31,184 nucleotides of DNA from Candidatus Rifleibacteriota bacterium (GCA_051747585.1 JBNJGH010000033.1:1-31184); one strand, 5' to 3'. Counted from the stretch's first letter, positions 1 to 9,719 are shown. Numbers and translations are program-made. The notes: generated from the letters alone by a model not told the origin.

Positions 1-841
1 CCCGAACAATTTCTTTTTTCAATAAACGAAACCCCGGGTCTTCAAAGCTTTCTTTAAGTTGCTCGCCAAGTTCGTTTATCAGCTCAACCGTCTCATCTAA
101 TAACTCTGACTTCAAAGCTTCAAATTCAAACACTTTTAAGTCAGGAACAAGATCAAGCAATTCATCGAACTCAAGCCAGGGCATTTCACTCAATAATTTT
201 TTGACCTTAAAAATAGATTTCATTCTTTCATTAAAAACACATACTGCACAAACACCGTCTTCAGACCTGGTCATTGATGCCTGGCAAATTTTGCACAATG
301 ATAAGCCTTTTTGTTTAAGTCCTTCAATTCTGGCTTTCATTTTTCTACTGCAACGCTTCATAACTACTTTTAATTCTTCGTCAGTATTTTCACTGACTTT
401 TGAAGCTGCAAAATCTTTCCAGTCAGGCCACTCTGCATCTCTGACAAGTCTTTCGGCTTCTTCGGGAATACGCCCCTGGCGACCTACAATCTCGTTTATA
501 TTGTATTGAGGAAATCTTTCATTAAGCTTTTTTAAAATTTTGGGTTTTATAAAAGTAAGAGTTTGCAACCATTGGCTGTCAGAAACAGTTAAATAAAGAC
601 GACCTTTAATAATACGTGAAGGACAGGTCTTATGGGCAAGCTGAATACCGACTATATCTTTCCAGGCATTAATAATTTTACCAAGGAACAACATATCTTT
701 ACCTGTAAGATAAAACCTGTTCTGCCCTTGGGAAGCCTTGTAATTCTTTTCTCGCAGATTTGAAAGAACTCTAACCAGAGATTTGTTAACCGGTTGGGTT
801 ACACCAATTCTACTCTGACTTTTGGATAGATTTTTACCCAT
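1..841 (-). CDS. DUF721/DciA-family protein with CxxC..CxxC Zn-ribbon (3' end outside window; absent from ORF track)
   Basis: Manual translation from ATG at 841: ...AWKDIVGIQLAHKTCPSRIIKGRLYLTVSDSQWLQTLTFIKPKILKKLNERF... (DUF721 pattern), later CKICQASMTRSEDGVCAVC; reading frame appears open to the window edge. Confidence 0.8.
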   Translation of the reverse strand, partial: MGKNLSKSQSRIGVTQPVNKSLVRVLSNLREKNYKASQGQNRFYLTGKDMLFLGKIINAWKDIVGIQLAHKTCPSRIIKGRLYLTVSDSQWLQTLTFIKPKILKKLNERFPQYNINEIVGRQGRIPEEAERLVRDAEWPDWKDFAASKVSENTDEELKVVMKRCSRKMKARIEGLKQKGLSLCKICQASMTRSEDGVCAVCVFNERMKSIFKVKKLLSEMPWLEFDELLDLVPDLKVFEFEALKSELLDETVELINELGEQLKESFEDPGFRLLKKEIVR

Positions 842-1004
842 TAAAATTATTCAACTCTTTTATTCAATAGTGTTGAAGTAACCAACCATTATCAGAACCG
901 GCAATTACTTCAATCAATAGATGATTTAATTCTCTCCCTATAGAGGAGGAGTGAACAATGCTAACTCAAAAACGATTTTTTTTCAAGACAAAGCAGGCTA
1001 TTTA

Positions 1005-1201
1005 CAGTAATTATCCATTTGTTTGTAGAAACCGTTTCAAGACATTTAGATTGCTTCGCTTCGCTCGCAATGACAACCACAAATTGTCATTGCGAGGAGC
1101 GTAGCGACGAAGCAATCTTTGATATGCTCAAATTTAGTACATAACAAAAAATTACAAAAATGTCTTGAAACTCGCTAATATTACTAAATGGATAAATACT
1201 A
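1005..1201. mobile_element. MITE-like element with nested inverted repeats and a REP-like palindrome
   Basis: Outer IR AGTAATTATCCATTT (1006-1020)/AAATGGATAAATACT (1186-1200), 1 mismatch; GCTATTTA direct repeats at 997-1004 and 1203-1210; inner perfect IR 1034-1047/1158-1171; palindrome 1048-1118. Confidence 0.65.
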
Positions 1202-1230
1202 AGCTATTTAAAAGCAAGAAAGCGTTTAAT

Positions 1231-1290
1231 AAAACACAGGCGGTTATTAAAAATTCATAACAAATTTAAAATAACCGCCTGTGTTTTTTT
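1231..1290 (-). terminator. 18-bp perfect inverted repeat immediately after the dnaA stop; probable terminator
   Basis: AAAACACAGGCGGTTATT (1231-1248) / AATAACCGCCTGTGTTTT (1270-1287), A/T tracts at both ends. Confidence 0.65.
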
Positions 1291-1291
1291 A

Positions 1292-2683
1292 TTATTGTTC
1301 TTTTGGATTTACAAAACGCTTGATTCTGGAAAATTCATCAGCAAAATTGCTGTCTTTTTTCAGCATTTTATTAATCTTTTCACATGCATGCATTACGGTT
1401 GTGTGGTCTCTACCACCAAATTTTTTACCAATTTGATTCAGAGAAGTGTCGGTAAAAATCTGACTTAGTCGCATTGCAATCTGCCTGGGAAGAACAAGAT
1501 TATGCGAGCGTTTTTTACCTATCATTTCTTCAAGAGAAATATCATAAAACTCGGCAACTCGTTTCTGTATTGTAGCAATTGTAATTTTTCCATCGGGGTT
1601 TTCTCTGAGGAGATCTTTTAAAACCTGATCAACAAGATCTTTGTTTATAGGTTTACCCATAACGCCGGAAAACGCAAGAACACTGTTAAATGCTCCTTCA
1701 AGCGCTCTTATATTAGATGTCACCCCCTGGGCAAGATACATAATTACATCGTCAGGAACATCGACCATTGAATTGTTGGCACATTTTTTCAAAATAGCTG
1801 CCCGCATTTCAAGGTCAGGGGGTTGGATATCTACCACAACTCCCATTGCAAATCTTGATGCAAGACGCTCTTCAAGTTTCTGAATTTTATCTGGAGGTGA
1901 ATCCGAGGTCAGTACTATCTGCTTTCTCTGCTGAAAAAGCTCATTAAATGTGTGAAAGAATTCTTCCTGGGTTTGTTCTTTACCGGCAAAAAACTGAACA
2001 TCATCAATCAAAAGCAAATCAATTTTTCGATACTTCGACCTGAAAGCTTCTGCTTTTTTATCTTTAAGAGAATCTATAAACTCATTAGTAAAAGCTTCAG
2101 AAGAAAGATAAGCAACTTTAGCTTTACGGTTATCTTTGATCAAAGTCTGGCCAATAGCCTGCATAAGGTGGGTCTTACCAAGACCAACTCCCCCATATAT
2201 AAATACCGGATTATGGAGATTACCAGGGTTCTGAGTAACAGACTGGCACACAGCATAAGCAAATTGATTACTCTTGCCAACAACAAATGAATCAAAAGTA
2301 TACTTGCTGTTAAACATGCCGTCATATCTGGCCGGCATTTTAGTTTTCTTAGTTTCAACCGGCTCTGGCTTTTCTTCTACTATAGCCGGAAGGTCTGGTT
2401 GAATAATCTTTTTTTTCGCAGTGCTGTCTTTTTTATTTCTTGTAATAACCTTGTGTTTAAGACCCGGTTTTTCACGATCTAAAATTTTATTGATTAAAAC
2501 AGAATAACGTTTTTCTACCCAGTCACGACAAAAATCATTTAAAGCCTCCATGACAAGACAGTTTTCAGCAAGTTCAGTGGGTCGAATTGAATTTAGAAAT
2601 ATTTTAGAACTGCCTTTGTTCACTTCATCGGCACTAATTTCTGTGGTAATTTTATCCCATAAGGTTTCGATCGGTGAAATCAT
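1292..2683 (-). CDS. dnaA: Chromosomal replication initiator DnaA
   Basis: YTFDSFVVG, Walker A GGVGLGKTH, LLLIDDVQF, EEFFHTFN, domain IV GGRDHTTVMHA; ATG at 2683 has GAGG upstream and is preferred over the TTG at 2692. Confidence 0.98.
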   Translation of the reverse strand: MISPIETLWDKITTEISADEVNKGSSKIFLNSIRPTELAENCLVMEALNDFCRDWVEKRYSVLINKILDREKPGLKHKVITRNKKDSTAKKKIIQPDLPAIVEEKPEPVETKKTKMPARYDGMFNSKYTFDSFVVGKSNQFAYAVCQSVTQNPGNLHNPVFIYGGVGLGKTHLMQAIGQTLIKDNRKAKVAYLSSEAFTNEFIDSLKDKKAEAFRSKYRKIDLLLIDDVQFFAGKEQTQEEFFHTFNELFQQRKQIVLTSDSPPDKIQKLEERLASRFAMGVVVDIQPPDLEMRAAILKKCANNSMVDVPDDVIMYLAQGVTSNIRALEGAFNSVLAFSGVMGKPINKDLVDQVLKDLLRENPDGKITIATIQKRVAEFYDISLEEMIGKKRSHNLVLPRQIAMRLSQIFTDTSLNQIGKKFGGRDHTTVMHACEKINKMLKKDSNFADEFSRIKRFVNPKEQ

Positions 2684-2849
2684 GTACAACAACCTCTGTA
2701 GTTTATATCGTGTACAGCAAAATTAAAACAAATCAGGTACAGTTAAACGAACGTATGAACTTTTTTTGTTTTGTTTGCCAATGTAATTCAAGCATATCAG
2801 AGAAATTTAATATCCGCAAGAGCTTTTTAAATCAATGTTTTGATAACAA

Positions 2850-3081
2850 TATGTATAACCCTGTGGATAAATTGTGGATAAATTGTTAACAACCATAACC
2901 GCTAAATTTAGTGGATAATTTGTTAACAAGTTTTCTAAAAATCAACAGGTTTTTCCACTCGCCGAAATCCAATAACAATAAGCTTTACCTGCCTTTTTCC
3001 ACATATCCACCGAAACTAATAATAATACTTCTATTTTTTTTATAAACTTATGTACACAAATAATAAGAAACAAGTGGATAA
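2850..3081. other. Replication origin oriC (DnaA-box cluster, DnaA-trios, AT-rich unwinding region)
   Basis: Perfect boxes TGTGGATAA at 2862-2870 and 2873-2881; near matches at 2910-2918, 2951-2959, 2995-3003, 3003-3011, 3073-3081; trio-like CTA ATA ATA ATA CTT CTA at 3016-3033 then a T/A tract; genes diverge from this site. Confidence 0.9.
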
Positions 3082-3149
3082 ACAAACTTCAGCAAACAAG
3101 CGCAAACAAAAATCATCTTTTAAATAAACATCAATAAACATTTACAGGG

Positions 3150-3179
3150 TTGATTTATGTTTTTCCATTCTGATATACT
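3150..3179 (+). promoter_or_regulatory. Putative sigma70 promoter for the accB operon
   Basis: TTGATT (3150-3155), 18-nt spacer, extended -10 TGaTATACT (3171-3179). Confidence 0.5.
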
Positions 3180-3208
3180 CTGACCACTTCAAAAAGAGGT
3201 AGAAAAAA

Positions 3209-3739
3209 ATGCCCAGAACAAAAGCACCTACAGGAAAATCCAAGCAAAGTAATGCTGTAAACAAAGTTATAGATATTATTCAGTTTATGGGTGAAAATCA
3301 GTTAGCTGAAATTGAACTCGAAACAACTGATTTGAAACTCAACTTAAAAAAACGATCACAAACCGTTGTTACTTCGCAACCAGCTGATGTTATGCAAAGC
3401 CATATTTCGCAAGCAACAACAGCTCCAATCACAATTTCCAGAAAATCAGAAAAAGCCGAAAAATCTGATGAACAAAAAGAAACTGCTATAAAAGAAAATA
3501 ATTATCACAAGCTAATATCTCCTATGGCAGGCAATTTTTATCGCGCACCTTCGCCAACTTCACCGCCATTCATAAATGAAGGAGATGAAGTAAAGACCGG
3601 ACAAACAGTATGCATAGTAGAAGCTATGAAAATGATGAATGAAATTAAAGCTGATAAAGACGGTAAAGTTGTAAAAATACTGATAGAAAACGGTGAGCCG
3701 ATAGAAAAAGGTGCCGAGCTTTTCTATATCGGAGATTAA
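3209..3739 (+). CDS. accB: Biotin carboxyl carrier protein
   Basis: SPMAGNFYRAPSP, biotinylation motif IVEAMKMMNEI, N-terminal LAEIELE. Confidence 0.93.
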   Translation: MPRTKAPTGKSKQSNAVNKVIDIIQFMGENQLAEIELETTDLKLNLKKRSQTVVTSQPADVMQSHISQATTAPITISRKSEKAEKSDEQKETAIKENNYHKLISPMAGNFYRAPSPTSPPFINEGDEVKTGQTVCIVEAMKMMNEIKADKDGKVVKILIENGEPIEKGAELFYIGD

Positions 3740-3742
3740 AAA

Positions 3743-5104
3743 ATGCAAAGTTTTGATTTAATTGTTCTGGGTGGCGGGCCCGGCGGATATCCCTTAGCTG
3801 TAAAAATGGCCGAAAAAGGCTGGAAAGTTGCTTTGGTAGATAAAGAATCTGAACTCGGCGGTACATGCCTTAATTGGGGTTGTATACCTACAAAAGCTTT
3901 GCTTGCAAGTGCCAAAAAATTTCACCTGCTGAAAAATGCCGAAAGTTTTGGATTAACTATTGAAAAATTTGGTTTTGACTGGGAAAAAGTCCAGGAAAGA
4001 AAAGATCAGATTGTTGCAAAACTTCGTCAAGGCGTTACAAAGCTTTGCGAAAAAGCCGGTGTAACTCTTTTTAATGGGTTTGGTTATCTTGGCAAAAACA
4101 AAACCGTAATTGTAGAAGGCGAGAAAGAACCTATAAAAGCCGAAAAAATAGTTCTGGCTGTTGGTTCTGTACCTTCTGTTCCGCCTGTTTTTCCACAAAA
4201 CTCCGATATTTTCTGGACAAGTGATCAGGTTCTTAATATTAAAGAAATACCTGAGTCTCTTTTAATCGTCGGTGGCGGCGTAATAGGACTCGAACTTGGA
4301 CAGGTCATGAGTGAATTTGGTAGCAAAGTTTGTATTGTCGAAATGATGCCACAAATTCTACCAGGTCTGGATAAAGCTACGGCCAAACGAATCTTGCCTG
4401 TTTTTAAAAAACAGGGAATGGAGATTCTTGCCGGTACAAAAGTAGAAGAGTTGACCGAAAAAGATGGAAAAGCCAGGGCTCTTGTAAAAGGTAAAGAAAG
4501 AATTTTTGATCGGGTGTTATTGGCTGTTGGGCGTAAAGTTAATTTCTCTTTTATGAAAAAGGACGAAATAGATCTTGAAACTGAATCGGGGTTTATCAAA
4601 ATAGATAATAATTATCAGACCAGTATCGAAGATGTTTACGCAATAGGAGACGCGGTTAAAGGCCCAATGTTGGCTCATAAAGCAACTTATGATGCCATGA
4701 ATCTTGCTCACCATTTTTCTGAAAATGAAGATGTTGTTCAAGATTATTCATTTGTTCCTTCATGTGTTTATACCTATCCTGAAATAGCATGGGTCGGCGC
4801 AAACGAAGACGAACTCAAAGAAAAGAATGTTGACTATATTGTAGGCCGAAGCCTGTTTAATGCTAACGGAAAAGCTATGACTTCGGGCGAAAATAATGGT
4901 CAGATTAAGACTTTGTTCAATAAAGATAAAGAGCTTCTTGGTGCTGTAATATGGGGTCCAGAGGCCAATAATCTGATAAACGAAAGCACTTTGATGGCTC
5001 AGTTCAAAATTTGTGCGGGCGATTTTTCCAGAGTAATACATCCTCATCCCACTTTATCTGAAGCTTTTCACGAATCTGTTGAAAATGCCCACAATTCCGG
5101 TTAA
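3743..5104 (+). CDS. lpdA: Dihydrolipoyl dehydrogenase
   Basis: GGGPGGY, redox motif GGTCLNWGCIPTK, GGGVIGLE, YAIGD, HPHPTLSE. Confidence 0.93.
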   Translation: MQSFDLIVLGGGPGGYPLAVKMAEKGWKVALVDKESELGGTCLNWGCIPTKALLASAKKFHLLKNAESFGLTIEKFGFDWEKVQERKDQIVAKLRQGVTKLCEKAGVTLFNGFGYLGKNKTVIVEGEKEPIKAEKIVLAVGSVPSVPPVFPQNSDIFWTSDQVLNIKEIPESLLIVGGGVIGLELGQVMSEFGSKVCIVEMMPQILPGLDKATAKRILPVFKKQGMEILAGTKVEELTEKDGKARALVKGKERIFDRVLLAVGRKVNFSFMKKDEIDLETESGFIKIDNNYQTSIEDVYAIGDAVKGPMLAHKATYDAMNLAHHFSENEDVVQDYSFVPSCVYTYPEIAWVGANEDELKEKNVDYIVGRSLFNANGKAMTSGENNGQIKTLFNKDKELLGAVIWGPEANNLINESTLMAQFKICAGDFSRVIHPHPTLSEAFHESVENAHNSG

Positions 5105-6282
5105 TGCTTATGAAAGGCGAAGGTTTTGTAAACTTGCCCTCATGGCAGGATAAATTACCGGAAATTTTTAACCGTCTTAACCGGCAGGATCTTTTAAGAA
5201 TTCCTGTTCTGGGGCTTGAAAATGTTGAAAAACCATGGGTTGCCTTTGAAGAAGAAGACTTTTTTGCTGCTGTAGAAACAGGAATTATTTTTAATTCAGA
5301 AAGAGAATTTAAGCGTTTACCGGAAAAAGTAGTTACTTCTGATGCATGTCTGGCTTTGCAGCGTCTTGATGATGATAAGCTGGCAGATACATTTTTCAGT
5401 TCGGCTATTGGCGCAACCTACCCCGTAATGGATGCTTTTGCTTCAGCTTACAGCAGTGAGAAACCCGGCAAACTTTTTACCCAGAACGATTCAGTTACCG
5501 GTTTTATTTTGTCCAGGATGGAAAGCAGAAATTGTAGTCTTGAAAAAGCCACCTATGAAGCGCAATGGGAAAAAATTGCCCCAAGCAATCCTAGCTTTCA
5601 TTTACATGGCATAATAACCAGAAATCGTCTTGCTTTGCAGATTGTAAAAATTTTTAAAAGGCTTCTTCCGGTAAATGATATTCCGACTGCCGGCATTGAA
5701 ACTCTTGATCTGGAAGATATAAGAATTGCAGCCGATTTTGGTTGTGCAGTAAGGCTTCTGGGTATTGCGAGTAAAACTGGCGATAAAATTAAGGCCTCTG
5801 TCGAACCATGTATTATTCCCGAAAAATATCTTCTTGCTCAGGTCAGGGGAGGCACAGAGATAATTTATACCTTAGATAAAAAAGGTGATTCTAAAACATT
5901 CTGTTGTGGTGGCACCGATTACGAGAATATTGTCGGTGGTCTGTTATTCGATCTGGACAGAATCGATCGAAAAGTTGAAGATATTGTAAAGCAACCGGAC
6001 GTTGAAGGTTTTGCCGAGAATTACTATGTACGGCTGAATCTTATGGAAATCAATGATACATTGTCGCAGGTATTAAAATTACTTTCCCAAAACGGAATTG
6101 AAGTTGAAACTCTTATGCAGCCAAAGAAAGAAGTTTCCCGTGAAACTGAAAACTCTGTTTCATTTGGTTTTACATTTATAACAAGCAAAATTGAACGGTC
6201 GAAACTGAACCAGGCAGTTGATGAAATAAATCAAAATATAAAGCTGGCAACGGTTTGTTCTTTTTTTCGCTTTATCAGCTGA
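5104..6282 (+). CDS. Degenerate homoserine dehydrogenase-like protein with C-terminal ACT-like domain
   Basis: Recognisable HSD segments (VVTSD~VVTAN, FILSRM~YILTKM, GIETLDLEDIRIAADFGCAVRLLG, SVEPCIIP) but no clear N-terminal GxGxxG and altered catalytic segment. Confidence 0.7.
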   Translation: MLMKGEGFVNLPSWQDKLPEIFNRLNRQDLLRIPVLGLENVEKPWVAFEEEDFFAAVETGIIFNSEREFKRLPEKVVTSDACLALQRLDDDKLADTFFSSAIGATYPVMDAFASAYSSEKPGKLFTQNDSVTGFILSRMESRNCSLEKATYEAQWEKIAPSNPSFHLHGIITRNRLALQIVKIFKRLLPVNDIPTAGIETLDLEDIRIAADFGCAVRLLGIASKTGDKIKASVEPCIIPEKYLLAQVRGGTEIIYTLDKKGDSKTFCCGGTDYENIVGGLLFDLDRIDRKVEDIVKQPDVEGFAENYYVRLNLMEINDTLSQVLKLLSQNGIEVETLMQPKKEVSRETENSVSFGFTFITSKIERSKLNQAVDEINQNIKLATVCSFFRFIS

Positions 6283-6291
6283 TTTTTTACC

Positions 6292-7512
6292 ATGTTTGCT
6301 AACGGTGAAGTTCTAATACAAAAATTTGGCGGTTCTTCAATGGCTACAGTTGAAAGAATTCAACTTGTGGCTGAAAGAATTGCCGTTAAGGCGCGTAAAG
6401 GGCATCGAATAGTTGTGGTAGTGTCTGCTATGGCTGATACTACCGACGAATTAATTTCTTTGATGCAAAATATAACCTCTGTTCCTGACCGGCGTGAGAT
6501 GGACCAGGTAATGGCGACCGGAGAAATTGTAAGTGCTTCTTTGATGGCGTCTTCTTTGAGGCAGATAGGTATAAGAAGCAGATCTTTTAACGCTTTTAAT
6601 CTTCATCTACTTTCTGAAATAGAGAATGAACAATACAATATTGTTGAAATTGGCCGTAGAAATATGCTTGCCCGATTTCTCGAGCCTGGAAGTGTCGCGG
6701 TAGTTGCAGGATTTCAGGGAGTTACCGCTCATGGTGATTTAACTACTCTGGGCCGAGGGGGGTCTGACTTAACCGCTGTTGTAATGGCAAGAGAGCTTGG
6801 GCAGAAAGTGTGCGAAAAATTTACCGATGAAAATGGTATTTATTCTGCAGATCCAAGAATTATTCCCGATGCCAGAAAAATATGGCACCTGAACTATGAT
6901 GAAATGCTGCAACTGGCACTTTTTGGCAATGGAATTTTACACCCCAGGGCTATTTCATCAGCAAAAGACAGCGAAATAAGAATTCATGTTCGTTCGAGTT
7001 TTACAAAAGCTGAAGGCAGTGTAGTTGGACCTGACGGTGATCCCGAGATTCCGATTAAAAGCATTGCCTGTGATGAAAGCCATATTGTCGTTAAAATACA
7101 ATCTGCAAAATTACCTGACTCAAGTTTTAACACTGCTCTTGAAAATTCCGGTTTCAGCCCCACCATTACTCAATGGCTAAAATATAATGATAATCGAGGA
7201 AGCATTCGTATAGCCTTTAAGCGCAAAGATTCATTTAATGGAATGTTATTTTGCTGGGATCAAGCTTCAAGACTCGATGCTGAAGAAGTTGTCTGTTTTG
7301 CTGATTTGAATACAGTATCTCTAGTTGGTTGTGGATTAAAATCAATTGATACAAAACTGTTTATTCGACAGTTGGAAAATTTAAAAATTGTTCCGGTAGT
7401 AATTCAGAATAATGAAATTCGTATGAGTTTCAGCATTGCAAAAGATAAAGCTTCTAAAGCTGTGCAGATAATTCATAAAACATTGCTTGAACAAATAAAT
7501 TTTACTTCATGA
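6292..7512 (+). CDS. lysC: Aspartate kinase
   Basis: QKFGGSS, VVVVSAM, VAGFQG, TTLGRGGSDLTA, GIYSADPRI, LHPRA. Confidence 0.92.
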   Translation: MFANGEVLIQKFGGSSMATVERIQLVAERIAVKARKGHRIVVVVSAMADTTDELISLMQNITSVPDRREMDQVMATGEIVSASLMASSLRQIGIRSRSFNAFNLHLLSEIENEQYNIVEIGRRNMLARFLEPGSVAVVAGFQGVTAHGDLTTLGRGGSDLTAVVMARELGQKVCEKFTDENGIYSADPRIIPDARKIWHLNYDEMLQLALFGNGILHPRAISSAKDSEIRIHVRSSFTKAEGSVVGPDGDPEIPIKSIACDESHIVVKIQSAKLPDSSFNTALENSGFSPTITQWLKYNDNRGSIRIAFKRKDSFNGMLFCWDQASRLDAEEVVCFADLNTVSLVGCGLKSIDTKLFIRQLENLKIVPVVIQNNEIRMSFSIAKDKASKAVQIIHKTLLEQINFTS

Positions 7513-7561
7513 ATTACCTTTAAAAGCCGATATTACTGATGCGGCAATCAGCATTGATCAG

Positions 7562-9649
7562 TTGCGCAAATCCGGCTATCAGGTAATTAAATTGGTTTTA
7601 AAAACCATATCAGGCAAACAGATTCTATTTATAGTTTTGGTTTTACTTTTTATTTCAGGGCTGAGCTCTGAAAATTCTGCTCTGTTTGCTTTTGACGTTC
7701 CATCTGTCGATGCACAAAAATTTCCTATAGAAATATATGGTGATTATCTCGAATATAAAACTAAAGCTGAACAGGTCGTTACCAAGGGAAAAGCATACAT
7801 TTCCTATCAGGATATGAAAATCAGTGCTGAAAACATTCAAGCTAACACCGCTACCGAAGATATTTTTGCTCAAGGCGATGTGGAATTCTGGAAAGGATTT
7901 GATCAGACAACAGGTGATTTTTTCGCCTATAATATCAAAACCGGCGAAGGCTGGATGCGAGATGCCCAGATAAAGAAAAACCGGAATTTTTTTAAAGCGA
8001 AAGATGTTTATGTAAGTCCTCGATACAGTATTGCGCACGATGTAATGCAAACAACCTGTGAGAATGTCGATCACCCCCATTACAGAATTGTTGCCGATAA
8101 AATAGAAACCTATCCCGGCCATTCTATGACTCTCGAAAATCTAAGAATCAAATGGAAGGGAAAAACTCTGTATCGAAAAGGTCGCGAATATTCTTCATTA
8201 CGCAAAAAAGAGAAGTTTTTTCACACCAAGCAGGGTATGTCACAGATCAATGGTTTATATTTCAAATTCAGCACCGAATTAATGATTAACGAATCATTAT
8301 CCGGCACTTTTACCGCTGACTTTTTTGAAAAAAGAGGTAATGCTTTTGGCTTTAATGGAAATTGGACGACAGGCTCGAGGGGCAGTGGCTCAGTTTATTT
8401 TTACCGGCTTAATGAAACTAAAAGAAGTCATAGCAATACCCAATTAAATATTAATCATAATCAACGCTTTGCTACAGGCGAAAGTTTGAGCACAAGCATA
8501 AATTACACCGGAGACAAATATACGGGACAAGCTGAAAATCAGGATTTAACCGTGCAAATGAATTATCGTCCCGTTTTCGATTTCATGAACATGACGGTGA
8601 CTGCCAATAAATTTTTTGATCTTGATGGCGATGAATACACTCAAGATAATGGTTATCAATTGCTTAATCGCTTGCCCGAAATTAATTTCAGTTTTCCCGC
8701 TTACACATTTCCGGTAGTTCCGTTAACGATGAATCTATCTGGGATGTATGGTAGCTATGAAGAAGGTACTCTGGATGACAAAGAAAATACCGAAAAGAAG
8801 GATTTTCGTTTCAACTTCACAGTTCCTACTATAGAAGTTCATGATCGCTTTGATATTACGCCATCTTATAATCTTAAGAAAAGCTATTATTCTGGTGGTA
8901 TTGAGCGAGAAAATGGCTCAACCATGGTCAGGGCGAATCACAGGTTTTCCAATGTTACTAATCTTGAAATGAACTATAATGTTTCTACTTCCAAAGGTAA
9001 ATCACCATTTCAGTTTGACTCATTTACTTCTACAGATGTTTTTTCAACCAGGCTCAGATTTTCAGAAAACTCATGGACTTTGAACCCGATTAATTTTAAC
9101 TACAATCGGGTAAGTCAGAGACTGGAGCAAGTTTACTGGGATTACTCGAGGCGCTCGCGTCCAGATGCTTACCGAAACTGGGAATTTTTTATTCGCCGTG
9201 ATTATATTCCCGAACCGATTCCTTTTTCACGAGTTAATTTAAACTCTTTAAAACCTGGAACAACAAATGTCAGATATAGAATGTCTTCAAATCTATGGTC
9301 ATTCGATACAAGTGTAACTTATCCTCATAAATATGGCAGGGTTAGCAATACATCTTTTAACTACAAAACCACTATCAGACCAAAATGGCAGATAAGTACA
9401 ACCGGAAACTACAATCACCTTAACAAAAAGTTTTCTCCTTTAACCATAGGCCTGGTAAGAGATCTTCATTGCTGGGAAGCAAAAGCTGAATACAATCATG
9501 AACGAGAAGAATTCTGGATTGAATTTTATTTAAAAGCGTATCCGGACGATTCGGGAAGATTCAGATACGGAATGGAAGATAATAAGCTCGAAGCAAAACT
9601 TGCAGCCTATGATCAGATGACTCAAAGATATGAAGGAACAAATTATTAA
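7562..9649 (+). CDS. LptD/OstA-like outer-membrane beta-barrel assembly protein (start codon uncertain)
   Basis: Signal-like N-terminus, beta-jellyroll-type region, TTC..PHYRIVA motif, C-terminal RDLHCWE motif. Confidence 0.75.
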   Translation: MRKSGYQVIKLVLKTISGKQILFIVLVLLFISGLSSENSALFAFDVPSVDAQKFPIEIYGDYLEYKTKAEQVVTKGKAYISYQDMKISAENIQANTATEDIFAQGDVEFWKGFDQTTGDFFAYNIKTGEGWMRDAQIKKNRNFFKAKDVYVSPRYSIAHDVMQTTCENVDHPHYRIVADKIETYPGHSMTLENLRIKWKGKTLYRKGREYSSLRKKEKFFHTKQGMSQINGLYFKFSTELMINESLSGTFTADFFEKRGNAFGFNGNWTTGSRGSGSVYFYRLNETKRSHSNTQLNINHNQRFATGESLSTSINYTGDKYTGQAENQDLTVQMNYRPVFDFMNMTVTANKFFDLDGDEYTQDNGYQLLNRLPEINFSFPAYTFPVVPLTMNLSGMYGSYEEGTLDDKENTEKKDFRFNFTVPTIEVHDRFDITPSYNLKKSYYSGGIERENGSTMVRANHRFSNVTNLEMNYNVSTSKGKSPFQFDSFTSTDVFSTRLRFSENSWTLNPINFNYNRVSQRLEQVYWDYSRRSRPDAYRNWEFFIRRDYIPEPIPFSRVNLNSLKPGTTNVRYRMSSNLWSFDTSVTYPHKYGRVSNTSFNYKTTIRPKWQISTTGNYNHLNKKFSPLTIGLVRDLHCWEAKAEYNHEREEFWIEFYLKAYPDDSGRFRYGMEDNKLEAKLAAYDQMTQRYEGTNY

Positions 9650-9719
9650 AGCTTTCCGGGGTTGAAACTTGTAACTTCACTGTGTATCATGAAGCATCCC
9701 GCCTGTAAGGAGTAAAGAG

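Noticed and set aside
201..509. 102-aa plus-strand ORF
   Set aside because: Antisense shadow of the minus-strand DUF721/DciA gene
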